DNA from: Trypethelium eluteriae
Taxonomy: Eukaryota
Assembly (NCBI GenBank): GCA_051942245.1
Contig: JAVECL010000024.1
Coordinates: 1-64,000 of the forward strand
Reading direction: 5' to 3'
Length of the DNA: 64,000 nt
In this document: piece after piece, positions 33,595 through 46,998 of the stretch
How the letters are laid out: each line of letters begins with the position of its first letter
How positions within the stretch are numbered: position 1 is the first letter of the stretch
The notes under the pieces: generated by a model
The model's input: only the letters and a program-made list of their open reading frames with translations
Database searches by the model: none
Told to the model about the DNA's origin: nothing
Made by a program: the position numbers and the translations under genes

Positions 33595-35132
33595 ATGGAC
33601 CTCCTGAAGCTTGTCCAGAAGATCCCAAATCACCCTCCATTCTTCAAGGAGGAGATTTTGGACAAATATGGAGAGAAGGCGATCATTTCACGGACAATAT
33701 TTCCAACGCGTAAGTAAATGCGAATGCTGGCTCATCGCCGTTACCCTTTAGCGTATGCCGAGGAATGCCGTGGAAGGTCGCACTCTAGTACAACGAGGCG
33801 TTGCACCAGTCCCACAAGAACCATACGCTCGTTATGAGTTCGTGGAGCGCATCATACGAAGAGGATTTATCCCAAACAAAGCTAATGATAAAAGCACTGC
33901 TGTCATCGACTTGACCAAGTGATGTGCTCTCTCAATAGTCTTATTTCGTCACCTCGTTCGACTTTGTCATCGTGTATTTGTGATTGTGACTTCTGCAGGA
34001 TTAAATTGAATGAGCTTCTGCTGATAATTCCCTATAGCAGCTTTCGCCTCAGCTTTCCTTGACTCACGTGGCAGACGCTTACCTCAAGTAATTGCCCATC
34101 GAGGTTACAAAGCCAAATGTCCGGAGAACTCTCTAAGCGCTTTTGAGGCAGCTGTCGATGCCGGAGCCCATGCCGTAGAGACCGACTTGCACCTGAGCAA
34201 AGATGGCGTTGTGGTTCTTTCCCATGTAAGAATCGCATCCTGTCGAAAAGTCACTACGTTTCTCCGATCTCTGATCAGGTTAACAGGATCCAGATCTTAA
34301 AAGATGCTTTGCCATAGACAAAAAGATCAGAGACTGCGATTGGGACTTTATCAAGACATTACGAACGACTCGGGTGCCTAACGAGCCCTTGCCTTGTCTT
34401 CAAGATCTATTGGAGCTTTTTAAGAAACCTCGTTGGAAGGGCGTCTGGTTGATGTTGGATATCAAGGTCTTTCATTCCGCGCTAACCAAAGCACGCATGC
34501 TCACCTCCCGCTGATCAGATCGATGATGACCCTGAGGAGCTCATGCATCGGCTAGCGGAGACATTTACAAGAGTTGATCCAGGACATGATGGTCACTGGA
34601 AGGACAGAGTGATGCTCGGTTATTGGACGGTAATCTCCCTACTCCTCCCAGCCGCCAGCCGCCCGCCACCACTCACATTCAATAGGCCAGGTTCATACCA
34701 CTCTGCGACAAGTATCTTCCGGGATTCCCTATCACCAACATCGGCTTTTCCCCAACCTATTGCCGCCAATTCCTAGCCGTCCCGAATGCCGGTTTCAACT
34801 TTTTCCAACCCGCTCTTATCTCTCCGTCTGGCCGCTATTTCATCCGAGCGGTCAAGGCGCATCGCCGCCAAATTTACGCCTGGACGGTCAACGATGAAAA
34901 GAACATGGATTGGTGCATCAGGCGAGGAGTCGACGGGATAGTCACGGACGACGTTGCCAAGTATTTCGAAATATGTGACAAGTTCAATGAGCATACTAGG
35001 TACGGCTGGCCGATGAAGATGTTGCTTCAGTTCATGTACTTCAATGTCTGGGTTTGGGTCTTCGGGATTATTTTCTCCAGACGATACGGTTCGTCTATAG
35101 AGAAACGCACCGAGAGCGAGAAGGATGAGTAG
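33595..35132 (+). CDS. Glycerophosphodiester phosphodiesterase (GDPD, Pgc1-like) with C-terminal TM segment; multi-exon
   Basis: Mostly missed by the ORF track. Spliced translation gives [68 protein letters not shown]. First exon 33595..33709 (phase-compatible), intron 33710..34037. Confidence 0.85.
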
Positions 35133-36231
35133 CTTGGAGCAAAGATGTGGGTATCAAACTACGTGCGGACCCAGTGAGATTTCACTAATCTTTTCTCAGT
35201 CCTCAATGCCTATCGATTGGCGATCCCATACTGAAGGGTGGTGATAAGTGAGGTGTACACTATTCCAACAGTATCATAGAGTTTGAGATAGATGAGGAGA
35301 TGCTCCATGCGACTTTGCATTGTAAGATATATGTTTGCTCCTGCGCAATTTTACACAAAACCTTGCAGGAAGGAAAGCTTATACAGCCTCCAATGTTACG
35401 ACTTCATGGACAATTCTTGGTATAAGTCATAGAAGCGTATGGCTTTCCTAGCTGTTCCTTCAGGCATTGGAGCAATGTTAGACTTGAATCACTTGTCGCA
35501 TGCACAGCAGACCGTTTCCCTCTTCCTTCGTCATCACCGAATGCATTCAGTGTCGTGAATACTCGTCGCGAGAAGATTGAATCCCTAATAAAAGGATCTA
35601 CCGCTTAAGAAGATACCTAACAACCATGGGCGATCCACGCACGGCCAAGCTCGAAGTTCGGCCATCAATCTGGACTCAGATAGTCGTACTGTGAACTTGA
35701 AGGGTCATTCCAGGAGCACGAAGATATTTACCTACAAAATTGATGACATATCTCGTGAAGTCACGCTAGATGACGCGGATGAGAGAGCAGATCACATCGT
35801 ACACCACTTTCCCCAGGAGGTAGAAGTCGTCCCCATAAGTGTCGCCTAGCGTAGAAAACCTTCATCTCGAACCGACAACGTATGGAAACACTTCAGGACC
35901 TCAGAGGCATGCAAAGAGGAAGGTCAATCCAACGAAGCTTATTCTCCTACCATCCCTAAGAATGGGTTCAAAACGCATGATTTAAAAGTTTTGTCGTGAA
36001 ATGCATAGTTTTTCATTACATCGATACCTCTTGTTATTATTACAAAATGAGACCCGTTGTAGCCGTTTATAAGCCGTGTATGTACATACCAAATTTAGGA
36101 GATGTGCCTGGCCTCCATGTCTATCGCACTAGTATATTGACCACGATCCTCAACACCAAGCCGCGTGGTTACTGTTCACCTGCCCATCCTGGCTATCGTA
36201 CAATAATATATTTCAACGCATCTGCATCCTC

Positions 36232-37533
36232 TCACGCGTCATGATTCTTCTTCCTCCTAAGACTGCCAATCCTTTTCCTTAAACTCTCGCCCTTTTTTGG
36301 TGATGAGCCGGTTCGCCTAATATCAGCTTCATGCTCCAAGTCCACCATCTTACTTGAGCTTCCTACGACCTCAACTGGATCTCTGGGGTCTACACCCGAG
36401 GCGGAGGCACGAACACCTTTAGGTGTCTCGGTAAGCTCGATAGCACCGTGTTCCTCGCCGAGCTCATCAGAGATCCTGTGGTTTTTGATGGCTTTCTCCA
36501 GAGAATAGAATGGCTCGCCTTTGCCGTGGATGTCATCGGATTTATAGTCCTATTGCATTTATTAGCATCGTATGATAGGCGAAGAGATAAATAGGCAGTG
36601 TAGTCCTACAACACCAGGCCATCTCCTATAGCTCCCACCAGCGGGATCGTTATCGACCATCAGATTCCCATCTTCCTTATAATCAAAGGTGCGTCCGAAA
36701 CGATCTTCCTCGCCAGGAGGCACGATAGCAGTGCCATCCAGGGGGCGATGACTTTTAACAGAATTGTTGATATTCTCCTGCGGAGTGGCCTTCAAAGTCT
36801 CGTTGATGGAGTCACTAACTGCAGCAATGGGACTGTTTGTATACGAGGTATTGCGTGCGAGAAGCGCAGCGTCGTAGGGACCCTCGTGGTGGTAGCGACC
36901 GCCGACGATATCGAGTCTGTCGACTAGATCGGCACCTGGCATGTGCCGCTTGCTTAGATGAGGAGAACGATTGGCTTTCTTGCTCTCCTTCCGGATGACA
37001 CTGAGCGGCTGATTGGACTTGTCGCCTGGGTAGCGCTCCTTAAGCGAGCTACCGCGACGGCGGGTAGTCGTTGTGTTGGCGTCAGAAGATCTGTTCAAAG
37101 AGGACTGGTCAAGACTTCGGCGCTCCCGAGGCATGGAGTCGGCCTGTTTCTCCTCGCGAAGGGTGGGAAATTTTTCACGCCGAGGACTGCCTGAACCCGG
37201 TGGAGAAGGGTATTCCGCGGCAGCGACGTTGACTCCATTTCTTTTCTCGTCAACTGAGCGTCGGAACGGATTTGTCTCACGCTTGGGAGAGGCAGTAAAA
37301 GGATTGGTGTCTCGCTTCGGAGAGCCGGATTGGGGAGGAGTCGGATATGAGTTCTCTTTGGGAGCAAATGAAGAACCGTAGTGAGTATTGAGACCTGAGT
37401 CGGCATGCGGTTCAGGCTCGGTAAGAGGGTCAATTAGATATCTCGTGGCCTGAGATGAAGTCAGCAACTGAGCTTAAATATGACGAAAGTACGTGTAGTG
37501 CTGGCTAACATCTTTCGCTTCTGTGGTACCCAT
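36232..37533 (-). CDS. Pal1 cell-morphology family protein; 3 exons
   Basis: DLVDRLD...YHHEGPYDAALLARN, HRPLDG, NPF motifs, last exon KGEPFYSLEKA...; ATG 37533, stop 36232-36234. Confidence 0.82.
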
Positions 37534-37937
37534 GATGGACGAATTGGAGCAACCGAAGATTGATAAGGCTTAGGGTCGATTTTTATGTTTCAAAACAACG
37601 GGTGATGACTTGGAAGACAATTGAATGATTGGTAGCGAGGAGGAGAAGATGTATATGAAGTCAGACGGAGCCAAGAAGAAGATAGAAGCTTACGAGTCCT
37701 CTCAGGCATCCTTACCCACCTGGCACTTACCCGTCGTGATCCGCGCTTTCCATGGCAGATTGCTGTGACATCACAGCCGGCGGGTCCCTGCATCATTGGT
37801 GACGTGAGTGGCCCGTGCATCTCCAATTCTCACCCGACAATTCTTGTTCCTGGCTTCAAATTTACCATCCTCCAACCTGGTTAACCTCTTCCACCAATCA
37901 ATCTCATTGGCTCTTTTCTTGCAGTGGGGACATAACC

Positions 37938-39590
37938 ATGCAGCTGGTAGATTACTCAGACTCGGAATCTGATCACTATGACGATACTTCTCAGGTCCAG
38001 CAAGAAGATGAAGCAGGCGCAGGAGTTGTCAAAGTGCACCCGGTAGAAGACGATAAGAAGCGCAAACGCTCCAACGAGACTAGCGGGATACATAAAGAGC
38101 AGAAGCAGAAGCAGCCCCAGCCAGTTCTGGCAGAAATGGGCGTACCAAAGTTTCACGACATGTACACCGTGGAGCCGCGTTTTAGCGCGTTTGATGATCC
38201 GAGTCTGCACAGTGGGATGAAGCGCGCCAATCCTCACATCGTAGGAAACTGGCCCAGCTTCGTATACTTAGAATGTAGGTCCTGTTTTCCTCCTTGAGCA
38301 ACACTTCAACAGCTTGTTCGGTTTCTACTTTGTAGAAGTTCTAGGGTTTGGCGCGCTTTCACATCTAATTAAATTTCTAAGAATTGGCCACATCTTGATA
38401 AGGTCAGGCTCTCCAGGTTTGCACCTTTGAGTACTTATCTTTACTCGAATGAAGATAATTATATCATACTCAAAGAGACTAATTGAATATCTCTGCACCA
38501 AATGTCTTACGACTTCAGAAGCTTGGAGCTTGAATCAATCCAAGTGAGCTGCTTTGAGATTGCGCCTGCTCTACTACCCCCCCCGATTGACCTACAAAAG
38601 ACGTTGTATACATGTGTCGAGCTCTGTAGACTGACTGAACGAGGGTTTCTCCATCAAAATCAAAGCGAGGCCATCAGTACTCTCCTATTAAAACTCAAGT
38701 CAACGTTCGCGTCTGGCCCCTGGTCCGGAACTGCCTCATATAGGTCAGATGCCATCAAACCCCTCTTCGTCGATACACTAGATCATTTCGCAACCCCTCG
38801 GTCATTACACATCTCGCTCTCCTCTACCTTGAATATCAAAAGCGAGCAACGAGGGGACTTCGATGGGCGGATGCGAAGTGCTCTCAAGGCAGAGCCATTT
38901 TTGCTACGCTTCACGGGCGTGCGATGGGTCTCTAATCAGCTCGGAACTCGCTGGTTCCTTGTTCTGACATGCCAGGAAGATGAGTCCCTAAAGAAGCTTC
39001 TGGATGGCGCTAGTTCAGTAGCCGACTATTATGGGCAGGAACTTCTGTACCAGAACAGCAACGAAGTGAAACAAGAAGGCCAAAAGTCAACAGATTCCAA
39101 GTCTGCGTTTGCCAAGGTCGAAACTGGCGGAAGCTGTGTGGATCAAGCCGACGAATCTCAGGAGCAGTCGTCACTCTGGGTCTCCGTAAGTGATCGTTCG
39201 AAGCGGGCAAACAGGTTACTGTCAAAGTGCCGTGAAGAGGGAAGGGATACACTTGATGCGTTGGATGATACAGGGCGGCAGACGAGCGATATATCCTTTC
39301 CCTTTCACATCTCCATTGCTTGGTCTTTGGTTCCACCAGCGTCCTGCATTCGTTCGCCCATGAGCATTCCAGAGATTAAAAAAATCTTCGATGACGATAT
39401 TGCAAATATCCATCCCATATTCGATCGCGTCAAATTTAGAGTGGGCGATCGAGTTTCCACGCTACCACTTGGCAACGACCGAGTAGCGAGACGTGTCATA
39501 TATGAAGGTCAGAGCATCGGACTTCCTCCCTGGAATCCTGATCTTAATGACACTACTACTGCCGTCGGCCGTCAGAAACGCAATTTATGA
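37938..39590 (+). CDS. USB1: U6 snRNA phosphodiesterase Usb1 (2H family)
   Basis: [10 protein letters not shown] start, [28 protein letters not shown], two HxS motifs LHISLS and FHISIAW; probable intron 38275..38643. Confidence 0.85.
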
Positions 39591-40051
39591 CATTCACAAT
39601 ATTCAAGTCGGGAAACTCAGGCTTAACCCCTAAATGTCGACACTCCGTTTGCAAAGAACGAGGAGCATACCCTGTTTGCGAAGAGCGAGCCGGAGTAAGT
39701 GATAACGAGCAAGATGTCATTTCCGAACCTACGCCGCGCAGGAACACTATGCTACTATGAACAGGAGAAAAGGACAAACACAGTAAGATTATGTGGAGAC
39801 GTGCAACATCCAGAGCTTTCGTATCTAGTCCCATTCATTTCCCATTAGTGCATCACAAGCTTCACCACAAGCTTGAACGCCCTGCCGCTCGATACGTGTC
39901 ATTGGACGAGCTTCAAGATGTTGTGCAGAATTCCCTTCTTCCTCCCCTCAGAACACACCACAACTTCCAACACCTCCATCTGCCCTTTGACTATCGCTTC
40001 CTGTCATGGAGGATTTTTTTTATCAGAGGGACGCACTTCAAGTAACAGCGT

Positions 40052-40733
40052 TCAATGGGTCGGAGCTTGGTAGTTAATAGGTCGCCTACAACCCAGTTAG
40101 AATGCTCCATTTCAACTTCGTATTTCCTCACTCTCTACACGAAACCAGGCTATACAATAGCATGATCTGATAGCTTGTATCATAGTGGATGATCGCAGAA
40201 GATACGTTGGCTTGCTCACTTACTTGAATAATAAAATGTGCGGCTCTGGCTCGTGCACCTCGTAATGCTCCCATCCAAGGCTCTGCGTGATACCTAACCC
40301 CCGCCATTCCTCCTCCCATAGAAGCTTTAGAGTCTGCCGCTGCTGGTCAAAGTACTCCTTCGGTATGGCCTTGAGCATCTGTTTGGGGAGTTGGACGTGA
40401 CGATATTCGTATTCATTGTCGGAGTAGCTAATGACCGCCGGATTCCCCTGTCAGCACTTTCCGTACGCTGGAATCACGAGTCGGTTTGAGATTCATATTC
40501 ATATCGCTGAGTCAGAGAATGCAAGGAGTCAGGGCTTGAAGAAGCACCACCGTGTTCCCATCCGCCAATAGGAAATGTGTGACAAGAACGTGAGAAATTT
40601 TGCAATGAGAAAAGGAAACGCGTATATACCGAGCACTGTAATGAATTGCGTCCACAAATTCATCCAACCTCTCCCTCTCCGTCTCGTTGAGCGGGCGTGG
40701 CTTTTTATTACGGCGCGTCATATCCACATCCAT
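40052..40733 (-). CDS. CKS1: Cyclin-dependent kinase regulatory subunit; 3 exons
   Basis: Spliced: [15 protein letters not shown]...[21 protein letters not shown]...[41 protein letters not shown]. Confidence 0.95.
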
Positions 40734-42046
40734 GACTACTTGCTTCTGCTGCTGCCTCGCTAACTGCACCTGCTTCCGTCCCGGATCTTGAGTCGAGCCC
40801 CGTCCTTTCTTGCCTCTTATATCTTTTCTGTCCGGAGAAACTTCCAACTCGCAGGATTTGGAGTCAGGAATAGGTAGAGGGGAGGCCACCTTAGAAGATT
40901 TTAGGATTCGAGGGTTTTTAGGTTGATGTTTGGCGGGGTACGACACCGGCGGAGGACGTTGGCGGTTAGTTGACAGGGTCGACGATGCTGGAAATATTTA
41001 ATTCAGATGCACGGTCCAATTAGGTAAGTAACTGTAGCGGAAGAAGATGCGAGTGAGCTGAAAGCGTCACAGTAGCTGTGGTATATGGAGCGGTTTTGAA
41101 TACGCAAGGGCAAGAAAACGTCTCGGTCGAATGTTTCGCGGAGATGTTTATGTTGACATCGCGTGGGCGGTCAGCATCTGCGATCGGCATCCCCCGCTAC
41201 GGAAAGTGCCCTCCACTGATGCATGACTAAGATGAACAGGCTCGTGCGCTTCAACGGCGCGACCGTGCGCCGCATATGTTTGCACTCCATGCCATCTGAT
41301 CGAGCGTTCGTCTTTGCTCAGGGTTATTGCTGGCTATCAATTCCTGCGAACTGGTCTGCGAGGACACACCTTGCAGTTCGAACACCTCATGCCTTAAGGT
41401 TAGCGTTCGCGACGCTTATTGCTTTGATCCTCGAACGTATGCGTCATGCTGCGTTCATTACATGTTCATGACGGCTTATGTCACAGCTTCACCAGGGCAT
41501 GCATGTTCTTAATAGGGAACCCCGTCGATCAGAGTGATAGTAGCAAAAACTAATCATTTCATTTCAGACATTGAGGATGCTGTAAGTAAATTGTCATTGA
41601 GGTTCGACCATATCCTGAGCAGATGGAAAAGCCAGTAGAGAAATATGGGAAATTTGACCTTGATACCCTGAAAATCCCATCTTTGCAGCCAAAGCAAAGA
41701 TTGGAGCAGATCCCATCGCAACCGCCGCCATCCCCTTGCACACACTCCTCTAAAGTGACTCACAACCCTCCGACGCAAGAGCGGATGATGGGGTCAAAAA
41801 GCTCCCAAACAAGGTAAAGATGCCATCGACGCCCAAGCACCGTCTAGCATCCACACCAAACCACAAGAATGGTCCGTTAAGGAGAGTCATGAATATTACG
41901 GAAAAGAAAGGAAATTATTCACAAGGAAGAGAACTCGAGAAGGAGCATCGGCGAGGAAAGTTTGCGCCCTGAAAGATCGGATAAGAGAGCCCGTCTCTTA
42001 GATAGCAGCGATTTGAAATCTGATCCAAGTCAGCGATAGCCTTCTC

Positions 42047-42922
42047 CTAGATCCAGGCTGGCTCCACAACAGCGATCTGGTCCTCGAAGCGGGTTGAGTA
42101 GAGGCCTGAGATTTCGAGCATGTAGGTATTTGCGTCAAAGCGGCCAAGACCGCGAGTCTGCATAAACGAATAGTCCTCATCTAGCTCAATATTCCGAACT
42201 GCACCGTTGAATTCTTCAGCAACTTCCATCAATTGGTTGAGTTCCTTGCCGAAGGGGTGGTTAGGCTCGACACTTCCACGAGCGAATACCTCAGCCGGGG
42301 CACGAGCGCTGTCTTTTGAGTCACGGAAGTTGGGGACGGATCCATGGTGATTGAGTGATCGTTTCCGAGCCATATCCTGATGAGCACGTTTACTATGAGA
42401 TGGTGCGCGCTGAGGGATCGACGGCACACTTTCGACGGAGAGCGTTTTGCCGTGTGATGCCTTGCTATGTAGAGAGGTAGTTGATCGAGAACGAGGAAGA
42501 CCCTTCACTGGAGCCTGGAAGTACGTGGACAAGTGATTCGGCTCAGGGGATGGTGGGCCAGAGTCGGTGACGGATGAAGCATCGGTCATGGTATCCGGGG
42601 ATGTATTCCCGTTCTCCGATTCAGGGATAGACCTGTGAGATGAAGATGAGGAGGTCGAAGTGGTCCGTATATTGGGCATATCCGTAGCAGAACCGGTGGA
42701 AGCGTGACGGATACGCGGGGTCCCTTGAATATCAGGTGCGTTATACGATAGCATATTTGTCGTGGACAGCAATGCAACTGGGCCGGAGATTTGGTGTCCA
42801 GTAAGGGATTGTTTACCTGGTGCTCGAGTACTGAATGCTCTTGCCATGCCAGTCGTATTTTGCGGTTCCGAAATCTCCGGGCGCTTGGCCCGGCGAGTCG
42901 TGAAAGCGCGAGCGATCGACAT
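42047..42922 (-). CDS. Hypothetical Ser-rich fungal protein (291 aa)
   Basis: Intronless ORF with conserved-looking blocks MSIARAFTTRR, ISGPVALLSTTNMLSYNAPDI, SPEPNHLS, HPFGKELNQLMEVAEEF. Confidence 0.75.
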   Translation of the reverse strand: MSIARAFTTRRAKRPEISEPQNTTGMARAFSTRAPGKQSLTGHQISGPVALLSTTNMLSYNAPDIQGTPRIRHASTGSATDMPNIRTTSTSSSSSHRSIPESENGNTSPDTMTDASSVTDSGPPSPEPNHLSTYFQAPVKGLPRSRSTTSLHSKASHGKTLSVESVPSIPQRAPSHSKRAHQDMARKRSLNHHGSVPNFRDSKDSARAPAEVFARGSVEPNHPFGKELNQLMEVAEEFNGAVRNIELDEDYSFMQTRGLGRFDANTYMLEISGLYSTRFEDQIAVVEPAWI

Positions 42923-45086
42923 TTTCAGTCAGGACTGTTCGAAGTGAAGTGGATGATGACGGGTGATCGCGTGTGACCTCGGTTCCACGAGCGAGAGTTT
43001 CGTCGTAGAACGGAAGAGATAGCTTCCAGCGGCTTGTTCAAAGGGATGAGATTATCGTTCCTTGTATGCCACTCGTATTTGTAAGAAGGCAGAGCTGTGT
43101 TTGTATTCTTGATCAAGGCGGAGCCGATCCGACGCAGAACAGTGGAAGCCGGTAGATAGTTCTTTGTGGAGTTCCCTTTATTGCTAGATCAGGCGTCCGT
43201 TGTAGCGTACCAGCAAATGAGCCTGTGACCAAAGCAGGTGAATCTTTGTTCCACTGAGCCAAACGAATCTGGGCGTGCCGATTTCCTTTTTCGCTGTAGC
43301 TGACTGGCAGCGATGTGACAGAGGGCGCGATGAGAAGAGACAGACGAGAAATGAAGTTGCAAAGCAAGATACAGACACGGTCTTGGTAGGATAGTAGAAG
43401 AAGGGTCAAGTGTGCTTGACAAGGAATGTAGGGAAGACCGGCCGATAATGAGTGAATAAAGCACCTGACGCAGCAGGCGAGAGATGCAATACAGAGGCGA
43501 GCGTTTAGCTCTTGTGATAAAAGAAGGGATGGAGCAGCGTCCAGCGGTAATATGGGTGTTGCAGAAGGAGCGAAGGGCGAGAGCGCGCGCAGGAGAGAGA
43601 AGTGCAGGATGGCGTGAATGGGATGGGGGGTCGCTCGAAATCGTTCATGCGGTCCAAGCTCATGGTTGCGTGGATATGCGGAACCTCTCTAGGATCACAC
43701 GCCAAAGAGATGCTCCTCCTTCTCAATTGGTCCCTCGCTGCCGGCCGTGCCTCTGACTGGCTACAAGGCCTCTCGGAATTTTCGCCCGCTATCCCCCAAT
43801 GGTTCGTCCAGCTTGTGATCACGAACTAAGGGGCCTGGTCGCCCTTCCCCCATTCAGTCTCGCTTGTCTGCATTGAAACCGCTCGAGAGTCATCTTCAGC
43901 CATGATTGGTGTTCCTTGCCGCGTCCCGGCTTACCATCTGGCCCATCTGCAGGCCAACGTGGTCTGGTCAGTTTCATCCTAAGCAGCACTTCCTAATCAT
44001 CCTCGATTCCGAGCATCTGTTCGAAACAAGGGTAATCAAAAAGCACTTGCCGTTTCGTTTAGACCGAGACCAGAACAAATTGCGATTGAGAAAGAATGAC
44101 GCAGCAGTTGGCTCCCTTGCCTCAGAGTAGCGATCGGGAGCGCATGATGAGATGCATTCGCTTATTGTTGTTACTGCCACGCTTATCTACAACGCATCTG
44201 CAGGTGCTCGATATGTACCGGTATCTTAGGTAAGGTAGGTAGATAGCCAACAGGTGCAACATTCCGGTCTGGCCGATGCGCGGGAGCGTGTCCGCGATTA
44301 TGGAGTACTGTACCCACTTGATTCATGTTAAGATCCTCCTCGGCTCACATCATTCCACTGAATCTTAATCGTACCAAGTCTACGCGGAAGGGAGACAGTA
44401 TTAGCCGAGCCCTTCCTCGGTCGGTGCATCAAGGCCTCAACTGATTCATGGTACGGTGGCCTTCTTACACTCTAATAATGCAGTACTGTAATTGCAAATA
44501 TCGCAAAGTCCCTTTCCTCTCCTGTTTGCCCAAACTCAGTTTGATGAGCCTTCCTCATGCAGATGATCTGCTTAGCTACAGAGCTTTGCCCTTATGATCT
44601 TTGATCGACCAACGGAAGCTTTGAATTGCGTGAGCCGCATTCATATAGATCTTCACGAGAGCCTCGCCACGTGTGCTTTCTGAAACACTCTTGACGAAGA
44701 GGCGCAGTGTGTTCATGATGATGGTTCTATCATGGTATGGGTATCTCTAGTACATACAGTAAGTCGCAGAATACTCCCCATTCGGCACTGCAACTTGCTG
44801 CAGTATACTTCTTGAGTCGCTTCCTGGGCTTTCATATCTTTTTTGAGGAGCAATGAATCATGATCTCATAAACCCTCCAATCCTAGTATGCCCCTAATCT
44901 CAAGATGGGTAGCCAGAAACCGAGAACATCAGAGTGTCAACTGGACCGACATTAATAATAGACTTGAGCATGATCCTGTGTCGAGCCAGGAGTCCAGTAG
45001 CATTATCTTCCGCTGATGTGGAGGGTTAAGTAGATGCACCTTTCTTGGAAGTACAAAGTATCTTCCATTATCCTTGTGACACTTCT

Positions 45087-46741
45087 TCACTCTTCCATAG
45101 CGTTGCCTTGTTCTTCGCCATCTTCCCCATCTTCGGATTCGTCCCCGCTTTCGTCAAGAGCGATCATACGCTCCTTGACTGGATCAATCGCCCCATTTGG
45201 AGCTATACGACTTCCAAAGATTCTTCGAACTGCTGCATTTGTGGAGGTATCCCAAACCTGCACCGAGCCTTTACTACCTGCAACTGCGAGACGGAATCCG
45301 ACATTGGTATCAGGGGCAAAATTTGTAGAAAAGACTTTGCCGACACCCAAGTTACGAGAAACGACCATGCTAGGTCCAGACGATTCGACGTTCCAGAGCT
45401 TCACAGTCTTGTCACTCGAGCCTGTGGCCAGAAAGCCCGGAATCGTTGGATTGATGTCGAAAGAGCTGATCGACTGGTCGTGAGCCTGGAGCTTCCACAA
45501 GGGGTTCGCTTTTGCTGGGTCCGCCACGTCCTGGCGAAAATCATAGCAATGCACTATCCCGTCATCCGTATTGACATAGAACGTGGTGGAATTATGAGGA
45601 TCGAATTGGGCTTTTTCAACATCTGATGTAAAATTCCACCGCAAAGGCTTTTGGTTGGGAGAACGAGCATCGGCCATGACCACAGTTTTATCGTAACTAC
45701 CGGTAATGAAGCAAGACTCTGTTCTAGGGTCCCAGGCCACAGAGGAGACCTTGTCGCTGTGAAATTCATACGAGTGGGCGCAATCCATCATATTCAGATT
45801 CCAAAGTTTGACGGTTGTATCAGCGGAGGCAGAAGCGAGAAGATTTCGATGGAGACGATTCGATGCTAAGGAGAGCACCGCATCGACGTGAAATTTATTA
45901 TTGGGATATCCCTTCCGGACCTTTTTCTTCTTTTCCCTTTGCTTGTTGAATGCTGTTGGACCAAGGATTCCATGAGGGTACATGCAGTCCACCGTGTCAA
46001 TATCCCAAAGCTCGATATCTGGTTCCATCATGCCTACTGCGGCTATGTTCTCGGCTGGATTTTTGCCCGTACGTAGTACTTTGCTACCATCGTGCCCAGG
46101 AGGCAAGCTCACCCATTCCACCGCAAGCGGGATTGCAGGAAGCATTATATCATGGTGTACATACAAGTTATCAACGTCATCTTCGTAGACGTAGACTTCG
46201 AGATGGGCGACCTCGTCCTCGACTCTCCCAGCCAAGATCAAATTGTCCGTTTGCAGTATCTCGAGTTCTTCTCGCTCTTCGTCCTCGTGATCTTGCTCCT
46301 GGATGGTGATATATGGATCTTCTGTATTCGACTTGTGATAGGCAAGCGATCCGACGTTTCCCATCATACTCAGCGGGTCCCCAACACCACCACGATCGCC
46401 TTCCTCATCGTAGTGTTCCAGATCATACTCCTTGAGATCGTCGTCATCGTAGCTATAGTGAATGCGAGGTTAGCAAGTTCTTAAAGTGCAAAGGCAATAC
46501 ATTCTTACCTTCTCGGATTTTTCTTGAAAGCAGTAGGTACTTTCACTCCAATTCCCAGCTCTCCAGCATCCTCGTCATTCAGTTTCTCTTGTGCTTCTGC
46601 TAGGTCATCCTTTGCTTCATCAAGCTGCACACGTGCAAGTTTCGATATTCTGTTGTATTCATCCTCATCGAAATCGTACTTTATAGGATATCGCGCTGCA
46701 AAACCCTGTCGCACCCAGCTTGTCGCCGTAATCATGGACAT
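45087..46741 (-). CDS. PWP1: Periodic tryptophan protein 1 (WD40, rRNA processing); 2 exons
   Basis: MSMITATSWVRQG start, DDLKEYDLEHYD, NLYVHHDIMLPAIPL, WD repeats (LASASADTTVKLWN, ATGSSDKTVKLWN); intron 46453..46508. Confidence 0.92.
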
Positions 46742-46998
46742 TTCGAAAGTGAAAAAAGAGTTAGGAAATTGGCCTCGTTAATCTCGCGCACTGGTGTCCA
46801 TCCGTCGGGCTGCATGAATTCAGATATAAAATGAGTGCTAGACGGCAATTGCTCTAAACCAACGTGGGGTAGGTAGGCAGGGCAGGGCAGCCCCAGAAAT
46901 TTTTTTTTGGAAGGCAGCGGCGGCGGCGGCGAACGTCCAAGTCCCTGCAATCCCGTAATGCAACAACGCTTTTACAACATCTCGAGATTGCAAGTGCT

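Noticed and set aside
35590..36000. ATG-less ~85-codon open stretch on the + strand between GDPD and Pal1
   Set aside because: No start, no recognisable motif, and bounded by stops; cannot be supported as a gene
40428..40629. 202-nt CKS1 intron as a snoRNA host or exon duplicate
   Set aside because: No C-box; similarity to the next exon start (ATGAATAYGAAT) is only about 12 nt
46742..46998. 257-bp bidirectional promoter between PWP1 and PRP16
   Set aside because: Real, but an ordinary arrangement for fungal housekeeping genes
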